NCBI GenBank assembly: GCA_000934665.2
Contig: JYFJ02004410.1
Location: 1-32,280, forward strand
Origin: Catajapyx aquilonaris
Lineage: Eukaryota
Direction of reading: 5' to 3'
Length of the DNA: 32,280 bases
The notes under the pieces were generated by a model that was not told the origin of the DNA, did no database searches, and was given only the letters and a program-made list of their open reading frames with translations. Below, piece after piece: positions 24,201-32,280 of the stretch. Within the stretch, counting starts at the first letter, position 1, and every line of letters begins with the position of its first letter. The position numbers and the translations under genes were made by a program.

Positions 24201-26051
24201 AGCTGACTCCTTCAGCATTTCAAGGTCTGTGTATATTCTCATTGAGTCATCAACTTCAAGTGACCAACTCAGCAAAAATGTTCAAGCACCTGGGACGGTC
24301 AAGTAACACCAAGCTAGCTAACAGCTCTCCTCATATGCCAAAATTGAAACATTTTCTTCAGAAGACCTTTTGAAAGGAAACTCAATATCCATCTGTATTA
24401 GCCATATGGGTCATCAAACAACATTACATCTACGTGGAAAAAAACAGCTTTCACATTAAGAGTCAAAATACCATGATTCAAGCGAGTTGCACTTCCTAAG
24501 TCCGAACAAAATATGCAAAACATGGCTTTCAGTTATAATAATCTACATGTGCAGTTGAGTTACATGTGTAACATTTCAAAAAACCACTAGATCAGCCCCC
24601 CTGCATCAAGTGTAATCAGATTATTTCTAAAGCTCATTTATTAAATGGCCTGAACATTAGGCATAATTTATTACTAATCCAAAAACAAGACTCACCCCAA
24701 CTGTGAAAGTCCCACTTGAGCTCAAGACAAAAATCACCAATCTGCTTCAGGGCACGCACCAAATCAGGACGTCTCCGATCCATTTGCTCCCTGGACTGTT
24801 GCCTCAGTTTTCTCAACAGTGCTAATACTGAAACAAATAAAAACATGAGCAACAAAGTGGCGAAAAGTTACACTCCATCCAGCAGCAAAACTCACTTGTC
24901 TGTCGGTCCCCGTAGCTGATGGCTTCCGCCAGCGGACTCCATCCAGCCATATTCTTCACCTTCACTGGGGCATTGTGAGCAAGTAGGAGATAGATGCATT
25001 CTGGAATAATACACATCATTTGAAAACTTTGCAGGCCTACATTAAGAATACACTGGAAGCAGAACTCACCCCGATGTCCAAGCATCACTGCTAGATGAAG
25101 AGGTGTGTTGCCTGTAGATATAAGTTACATTCCATTAGTACAAATGTTGAGTGGCATGTTTCTGACAATATTATTTATCTACCAGAATGATTGTAAATCT
25201 CAAACGATCACTTCAGGCGATGGTATAATCATATTTTTCCCATTTAGAAGAATGTATCTGTGCAAATTTTCTCCCTTCCCCTTGGAAAACAGCTCTATTT
25301 TGAAGGCAGTATAGAAAAAAACTAGTATTTTCCACAACTCTCCAGCCCTTGTTCCAATATCAACCAGTTCACTACTGGCAAGAGAATCTCCACTTGTTCA
25401 GCAAACCAACAGTTCCCCCAGTAAGCCATATTATGAGTCTAGTTCCCCCAATATCCCTTCATGCTCTTCTCATGCCACATTAACACTGCTGACTATTTGT
25501 ACGGTCAAATATGCTAACGTAGCTGCATAATGAGCCTCTTAAAAGCAGGAATACGAGCCAGCAGGTGTGCAGGTGTTTAACCAGCGGAATGATGAAAAGA
25601 CTCGAAATAGAGCCTACATCGCCCAAGTTGGTGTTTGATAGAATTTACCTTAAGCATGGCAGAACATTATTTCCTGCTCAAGCGGCTCATTCGTACCTAC
25701 TCAAAATACGGCCAGGCTAGGGCTTGAGTTATGTCTGGCAACCTTTGCTTGTAGTAGCAATGTCCAGTGCAATCCTGGATAACTGTAAAATGTACGCTTA
25801 ATGCTGTGCTCCAATTTCGTGAGCACAATCCGCTGGTTCTTTGGCCAGGCCCTGTGCATTCTGCACCCACTCTCTCTGGACAATTCTTTCCCTTCGTTCT
25901 ATTCCGCCAGTCCGCCCTACGTTTTTCCCTCACCATGCTTGTCCTTTGCCGAGATGTCGTGCGTCCTGAGCAGCGCCGAGAGCCTCCTCACGTCCCCAAG
26001 GAACACGCACTGGTGCAGGGGAAAGCAGCAGCCCTCCGCCACATCCGCCAT
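21289..26051 (-). CDS. ANKRD13C: Ankyrin repeat domain-containing protein 13C (ankyrin repeats + GPCR-chaperone domain), 442 aa
   Basis: Exons (minus): 25934-26051, 25070-25111, 24896-25000, 24696-24827, 22792-23459, 22296-22543, 21289-21304 (1329 nt including stop, phases consistent). Protein: FPLHQCVFLGDVRRLSALLRTHDISAKDKHGNTPLHLAVMLGHRECIYLLLAHNAPVKVKN..GWSPLAEAISYGDRQ...WDFHSWVPLVSRILPSD...KLPPGFPVKIDIPILPTVTAKITFQEF...RFPDL*. This matches ANKRD13C as I recall it, including the C-terminal RFPDL and absence of UIMs. Confidence 0.95.
23579..23926 (+). mobile_element. tRNA-derived SINE in ANKRD13C intron 4 (antisense to host gene)
   Basis: Pol III A box TGGCCGAGATG (23592-23602), B box GGTTCGATCCC (23636-23646), 3' hairpin AGGGCC-TAC-GGCCCT (23881-23895) and a (TAAA)n tail. 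The 16-bp target-site duplication is aataaactcatcatct (23563-23578) / aataaactcattatct (23927-23942). Confidence 0.9.
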
Positions 26052-26427
26052 CTTTCATGGCACCCTACCCACCCCTCCGCTCCCCTCCCTCCACCCTCCT
26101 TCCGATTATATTTATTCCCTTCCCCCCTCTTTTCAGGCCCGAGCAGCAGGGGGCGACACCTACGCGGATTGAAGATGGAAGGACAGGCCCTGTTCCCACC
26201 GCTGACCCGACACTGGACGCCTGCTGTCCCGGACACCCACCGAAAATCATTCATGTTCCGAAAATCATGTTCGAAACAGAACGATCATGTTTTATTGGGC
26301 GCCATTTTTAAATCTTCAAGATCGCATCGATACTATCCCGCCGTATCGATATTATCGTTCTCGAACCTCTGCATGGTTAGTTGCTTCGGGATTGTTGAAC
26401 CTACTGAGCGCGCTCGCTGGCCAAAAG
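26052..26427. promoter_or_regulatory. Bidirectional housekeeping promoter shared by ANKRD13C and MRPS34
   Basis: Divergent ATGs with 376 bp between them, CpG-rich. DRE TATCGATA at 26344-26351 and CATCGATA at 26325-26332. YY1-like CGCCATTTT at 26300-26308. Confidence 0.75.
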
Positions 26428-27041
26428 ATGCCGATCAAGTACATTGGGAAGACGACCAACTTCAGGGGCAACACCCTGTGGGAGATTGTGTGCAACCTGC
26501 GTGATTTTGGGGTAGGAAGAGTGGTGGTACGGAGCGTGTTTGAGCGATACCCGGAGCCCACGTACTTCCGGATACTCAAGGCAGAGCCGGACATGGATGA
26601 GAAGAATCCGGGTGGACGCTTGTTGGTCCAAAAGGTCTTCAGGGGACGGCCATTCCCTCAGGAGTATGACATCAGCAAAATTGCGTACAAGCCAGACTAC
26701 AGGCTGCTCCACAAGCATGAGGAAGAAGCGTACTGCAGATACACGCCTCCAAAGGTAAAGTATAACTGCAAGTGTCTCCAAACATTCTACTGAACCGACT
26801 TTGTTTGCAGGACGTGCAGGAGCGGATCCTTCCAAGGCACATGCCCCTCCCTCCTGTCCTGAAGGAGCTGGTTGTAGAAGAGAGGAAGCAGAGGGGGGTG
26901 AAGGAGGAGCCCATGGTCACCATGTCGTATCTGAATACCTGGTACAACAACTACCGCATAGCCAAGGATGGGGAGAAGCCAAACGCATCTGACTTTGGGA
27001 AGAAGCTCCTGTACATTGAGTTTCCTCAAAAGCAATCGTAA
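26428..27041 (+). CDS. MRPS34: Mitochondrial 28S ribosomal protein S34 (mS34), 185 aa
   Basis: Exons 26428-26754 and 26811-27041 with a 56-nt GT-AG intron. MPIKYIGKTTNFRGNTLWEIVCNLRDFGVGRVVVRSVFERYPEPTYFRIL...VFRGR...YKPDYRLL...MPLPPVLKEL is the arthropod mS34 signature. Confidence 0.93.
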
Positions 27042-27055
27042 TCTTGTATTTCATT

Positions 27056-27061
27056 AATAAA
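27056..27061 (+). terminator. Polyadenylation signal of MRPS34
   Basis: AATAAA 15 nt after the stop codon, followed by a GT/T-rich tract (gttttgactttggtattgg). Confidence 0.7.
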
Positions 27062-27068
27062 CAATTAG

Positions 27069-27163
27069 TCACAGTTTTGACTTTGGTATTGGATCATCCA
27101 AGTCTAGGCGCCAGTTGCGCTGTACGTTTTCATCTCCCTCCAGCTCTGCCAGATGGGACGGGT
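27069..27163 (-). CDS. TYSND1: Terminal coding exon of TYSND1 carrying PTS1 (SKL); missed by ORF track
   Basis: ttttcag|AC CCG TCC CAT CTG GCA GAG CTG...AAG TCA AAA CTG TGA. Its phase matches the donor GGA G|gtatgc at 30229. Confidence 0.88.
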
Positions 27164-30100
27164 CTGAAAATTGATAACGAGCATGAGTTGGGTAGTTATT
27201 CTCTAAAATATCCATAACCCCTTGACCCCCAGCACCTAGAATCTTGGCGCTGAGAACTCGACCGCCAGGTACCAGCTATACCTCCATTGCCTAGGTTCTT
27301 TTCGCTTCCATTCCACTTGCAAATAAGGGGAAGGTATTGTACAAATAATAATAGCTATACTTGGTCTACACAATGCATGTTTTGGAAACAATTTTACTCG
27401 CATAGAACCCTGTATATTAATTTCCAAAGAGATCACCGCACAGTATACCCGTTATATTTCCGCCTAGATTCCTGCCTAGATTTTCTCTCCTGTTCAACTT
27501 ACAAGTACTCTGACACTCTGACAGTAAGGGCAAGATACTTTACAAATAGTAACAGCTTTACTTACCCGTTCATGCAAAACACAACGTATGTATTGGAAAC
27601 AATTTTCCTTGGCTAAAAGTCCGTAAATTAATTACCAAAAAGATCGCGTAAAATATGAAAATCCAAGTACTACCAGGCAACTGTTAGGTTGATTTAATTA
27701 TGAGATACGTTAAAATATACGGAATAACGATCTTGAGAACCATGCCAGAAGGCTGTTGAAATCGTTGTACTTTCCAAGGAATAAACTACTTTTCTGCGGC
27801 TTGCCTGTCACTTCGGATTACTCCCAAATTTACTAGTTTCTCGGAAAGTACGACGATTTCAGGAAACCTATTTAGCACCCTTCTCAAAATCGTTAATCCG
27901 TAGGCTATGTTTTAACGTATTACATAATTAAATCGGCCTAACAGTTGGCCGGCAGTACTCGAATTTTGAGATTTTACAGCGATATTTTTGGAAATTAATT
28001 CTGGGACTTCTATGGGAGGGAAATTGTTTCAACACATTCATAACGTTTTCCCTGAACGGGTAAGTAGAGCTGTTATTATTTGTAAAATATCTTGTTCGTA
28101 TCTTCAGCGCACGAGTAAGTGGAAAACTGGGCGGTGGCGGGTATAGCTGGTACAGTACCTGGCGGTCGAGTTCTCAGCACCTAGATTCTAGCTGGTTGGG
28201 GCTCAAGGGGTTAAAATACAGTTAAACACTCCATAAACCTACAAAATACTGTCTTAAAATATTCCCTAAAATTACACAACCAGCAGGCCATTAACATGTG
28301 AGAAGGGTGTGTACAAAGGCTGAGAAATCTTGGCAACCAACAACACACATGTTTCTTGATCAGTGATAATGCTGGTTAAAAATCTACATTTTGCAGTGTT
28401 TTTGCCTAGCTTGATGCATATTTAGTCATTTTCAAGCATTGATAATATATTTACGCCCTTGCAAGTGAGATGTCAGAATATTTCCGAGAAGTGACTTAAG
28501 CAGGAATTAGTTTAGGCTGGTGTAATTTTGAGGGAAATTTTTTAAAGCAGCAAAATTACTACTTGAAGGGCACTTGATTCATGTTCCAATTTGGCAACAA
28601 ATTTTTGATGATATTTTTTCCATCGTGGGTTCAGACTTCAAAACATGGCAGATATTGGAAACCCGGCTTAAGAGATGTAGCATTTGGTGAACATACCAAG
28701 AGTTATCTCAAATCTGGGGGCCTTAATCTCAGCATACAAGGTTATGTGAGGCAACTGTTGAGTTTTTAAATTCATTGCTAAAATAAGGTCAAGCATATTC
28801 AAGAGATGTTGCATCTTAAAGCCAGGATTTGTCACTGCCCTGATTTGTAATGACAAACCCAACAATATATTGTGGCTTTCCAAAGTTAAACTTTGGTTGT
28901 AGTGAACACAGTGTCATAAAATGTTCCTCATAAAGTAATTGTACTTTTTTAAACATGCACACTACAATATCTGTCTGTCAGAAAAAATTGGTTCCTAAGA
29001 ATCCAGCTGGGAATTTTCTACACACATTACTCAACTTCTTTCAATGATGCAGTGGAAAAGCAGGCAATAATTAAAACATGTTTCCATCTCCTATGCAACA
29101 ATTTCAGTCTACTTGGTTTCCCCAAAACAAAATACTGCAAGCAGACGGGCATGACAGACTTGGGGCCACAAATGTGTCGATCAAATGAGCAGTTTCAAAG
29201 CTCTTTAAACATTTTAAAACCTGCTCTTTTGGTTGCCAATTGAGAGACACATTTCCAGATTAGACGGTTCTGGCAGTTTGTCGACAGTAGCATGAGCAGG
29301 CTCTTTAGGCATGCACCAAGGAGGAGTAGAGAATAAATTGTTACTCATTTTTGTGCATAAAGAGGACAAAACCAATTGTCATTCATAAAATAATGCTGGC
29401 ACAATATAGATCTGCCATTTATTTTGCAGTCACATCTACAAGTGGTGTGAAAAATTCCAGATGCAAGCTTGATACACCTTGCTTGGCTGTGCCCTATCAG
29501 TCTGACTATTTGCACCCTTCTGATTTTTTTATGGCACTTGCAGGCATGTAACTGCAAGGCGCATACCAGATTCATATTGTGCCTACAACATTCACCAGTA
29601 AATTTTGATTGGGTTTGTCTTTTGGATGCACAAAAATGCATTTCCCTGTTTTATCCAGTCTCATGTCAGAAGGGGCACAGCTGCTGTGCAATTTTCACTT
29701 CACCTACAACTGCACATTGCATGAGTCTGTGATTCATGACAACTCTCGAATGAACTCCATCTACCTTCTCCACCATCAACTGTTATTTCCTGCCAGTGTG
29801 ATGCTGGAGATGGGAGAATTAATTTTTTTCAGACGTGTCAGTACTTTCAGAATTTTCAGACCAGCGGACAAAAAGAAAACATTGCCCACCCATCTTAGAT
29901 CCATTCAAGTAGATTGTATTGCTGATGTACCAGTAAAAATGAAGAGGGCTAGTATAACAGAGCTTCGGCACAAAATATGCAAATAATTTTGGAACAAAAT
30001 TCAAGTACAAAAAATGATTCAACCTGCCACACTCTCCCCTTCAACATGCTTCACCACATGTAATACCAGAATTGGAACTCTGCTGTGATCATCATCAGTC

Positions 30101-31958
30101 GTATATGTAAAACTCCTAAGTTCTGTGGTTGATTGATTGATTAGCTAACCAGGCAGCCTGATCCCTAATTCAGTGCTCTTAATGCTGAGCAACACTTCTT
30201 AAAGTCATGACACTAGCATGCAGCATACCTCCAGTGGTCATGTACCGCTGAAGTGGTCCTGCCACACGAGCTGCAGGAATGGCAAGGTTGATCCTGGGGA
30301 AGACAACTCCAGTCCGTGAATCATTTGCAGTGCAGACAGGTATGCCTATCAGTTCCCCCCATTTGTTGACTACAGCTCCTCCTGATGTGCCACCCTGGAC
30401 ACAGCCAGAGGTCGAGAACAGGTCTTTCGATGGAATTCCACACACCACACCCAGCGAAGCTGTCGCACCCATGCAGAATGACTCATCAAAGAGGGAGAAG
30501 CCCATAGTGTATAATTCATCACCTGCAAGATAAACGCATGAGCCTAGAACTACAGCACTAGGAAACACTGACCTCTCTGTAGTGGGGCAGTCGAGAGTGA
30601 AAGAGGACTAGCCCCTTTGATTGGTGGACATTGAAGCACAGCCACATCAAAAGCTCTCCCTTCACTCGAACGGAACACTATCTCTGCTTCTACAGGCCAG
30701 TTTTGGTACCTTACTGAGACAGCCTGAAAATTGATGACTTGTATGCATGAAACATGAACTAGAAACTAGATGGTGTGATACATAAAAAGGGAATATATCC
30801 ATCTGATAACATTATTCCAGATTCTGAGATTTTTTTTGTTACCTTCAAAAAGTCATTTTGTTCCTTAGCAATGGGGAGAAGAGGATGAGTGGAGAGTGGA
30901 GAGTGGTACAATTCAATAATAAAAGCTTATGCATTTCTCTGCGAAAGAGTCAGCCCAAGATAAGTTCGCATGATTTTCTTGGTCTTTCCACCCCCATGCA
31001 TGTGGTGAAATATGGAGAAGACTGGCTTTTCTGCTTCACACATGCATCTGTAAAAATGACAAATATTAACAATGTGCAATCCATTCTCACCTGCCCATTG
31101 GCAGATTCCCTCAGCACATGTGCACAGGTGACCACCACGGAACCCTCAACCTTTGTCCCTTCAGCAGATGGCCACACAACACCAGATCCCCAAGACCTCC
31201 CGCACCTCACCATAACCAGACCTTCGGCCACCTTGTCCAACAGCTCATGTTCTGTCCCATGTATCTCCTGCACTTTCAACTTTTGTAATTTCTCTGGCAA
31301 ATTGCTATACGTAGCCCAGCAACTCAGGATCTCTTGCAATAAGGCCACGAGTGAAGCTCCAATAGTGAACCCAACCCATTCCCCCCGCCTCCAACACACT
31401 GGTGCCAAAACCATCCCAACTGCAGTTTCACCTCCTGGTCGTACTATTGGGGCACCTTCACAACCAGGAGCAGCACTGGCATCACACAGTAAGAAGATGT
31501 TTTTTGGACCACCAGCATTGCTAACAATTCCCCTACTGAGGCTGCCCATGAATATTCGAGGGGCTACATGGCCAAATGGGGTTGAGTCGATGTAGATAGT
31601 TGAGCCACGCAATGGTCGTTCACACTGCTTAAGCACAGTCACAATGAAGAGGTGCATGTTCTTCATGAGGAAGTTGTGGTGGATGCGTGGGCTTGTGGTG
31701 ACTAGAAGAACTATTGGGAAGAACAGCCGTGCATGTGGCAATTCCTGCATTGAAAAAGGTTTATGAGAAGCTCAAATATGAGCCATCCAATGTCACTGCA
31801 CAACACAAACCTCTGGATCATCCAAAGTCCATCCAGCTGAGGCCCTCAACAAGTTGTTCGCTGTTTGCTGCAAGTGGTGGCTGCAGAACACACCAACAAT
31901 TCTTCCATCTAACACGGGCGATCTCTCTTCTGACATGCCATGGTAGTTGTTTCCTGGC
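27069..31958 (-). CDS. TYSND1: Peroxisomal leader peptide-processing serine protease (trypsin domain containing 1); 5' end uncertain or possibly beyond the window
   Basis: Exons (minus): about 31811-31958 (acceptor uncertain), 31091-31744, 30573-30723, 30229-30522, 27069-27163. Degenerate first protease domain STPFG...SLSRGIVSN...LCDASAAPGCEG. Second domain WGSGVV, VVTCAHVL (His), AFDVAVL (Asp), GGTSGGAVV (Ser), PRINLAIP. The C-terminus ...VQRNWRLDLDDPIPKSKL* carries a PTS1. Confidence 0.9.
27218..28210. mobile_element. Non-autonomous piggyBac-type foldback MITE (~993 bp) in last intron of TYSND1
   Basis: TIRs CCCCTTGA..CC..C..CTAGAATCT.GG.GCTGAGAACTCGACCGCCAGGTAC at both ends, flanked by ATAA (left) and TTAA (right). 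Internal arms are also inverted (about 27530-27790 versus 27830-28095). No transposase ORF. Confidence 0.85.
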
Positions 31959-32280
31959 CTTTGCAAATAATAATGTTATTAGCAAGATAATTAAGCACTG
32001 CACAGAAAGAGAAAGGAAAGAAGAGAGGGGTGGAAGGATGCATGTTAACAAGCTACAAAAGTCACACTAACATAAAATGTGCATACACTTCTGTCGGGTG
32101 ATTCACCTTTTTAGTCCGGGTGCTAAGGGGTTGAACTTTGCATTTTGTGACAAAAGTATGAAACTCGGTACACTTGTCCTTTCGACACTTCTGATCATAT
32201 CTGGACGTGGAGCCACGATGACCCACCCCGGTGGTGGTCCATTTCGCAGGGTTTCCATAACTACCAGATGCAGCATCCTT

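Noticed and set aside
26287..26427. N-terminal extension of MRPS34 from ATG 26287
   Set aside because: It runs through DRE promoter elements, and homology to mS34 begins at MPIKYIG (26428).
25767..26504. 245-aa plus-strand ORF and other ORFs across the bidirectional promoter
   Set aside because: GC-rich promoter and exon-1 sequence lacks stops by chance; they overlap ANKRD13C exon 1 antisense and MRPS34 out of frame.
30019..30122. Possible alternative TYSND1 last exon (ELRSFTYTTDDDHSRV...VAG*)
   Set aside because: The phase fits, but it has a weak polypyrimidine tract, no W-R-L motif and no PTS1; exon 27069-27163 fits far better.
30858..31595. 245-aa plus-strand ORF
   Set aside because: Antisense shadow of the large TYSND1 exon.
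32100..32280. Repeat-like sequence at right edge (tgaaactcggtacac...)
   Set aside because: It resembles interspersed-repeat sequence but is truncated; no TIR partner or TSD is visible in the window.
1..32280. Prokaryotic systems (CRISPR arrays, operons, IS elements, defence islands)
   Set aside because: The window is spliceosomal-intron-containing eukaryotic DNA; no regularly spaced repeat-spacer array or transposase ORF was seen.

Overview
Eukaryotic, intron-rich genomic DNA with GT-AG introns. It is most likely an arthropod and possibly a chelicerate (inferred from the gene families, DRE promoter motifs and short introns). Four spliced genes can be reconstructed by hand. (1) A large lipid transfer protein of apolipophorin-II/I type on the minus strand starts at ATG 12792, has at least 22 exons and about 2090 codons in the window, and runs off the left edge. 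(2) ANKRD13C on the minus strand has 7 exons (26051->21289). (3) MRPS34 on the plus strand has 2 exons (26428->27041) and shares a bidirectional promoter of about 375 bp with ANKRD13C. (4) The peroxisomal protease TYSND1 on the minus strand has a last exon (27069-27163, ending SKL) only 27 bp from the MRPS34 stop. Repeats include a tRNA-derived SINE with a target-site duplication, a piggyBac-type foldback MITE of about 1 kb, a 164-bp palindrome and a degenerate foldback element rich in nuclear-receptor half-sites. The most interesting signal is the ANKRD13C stop: a leaky-context UGA-C followed in frame by 150 open codons encoding a His/Pro/Ser-rich tail, a candidate programmed stop-codon readthrough. 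All identities come from recognising motifs by eye; no searches were run.
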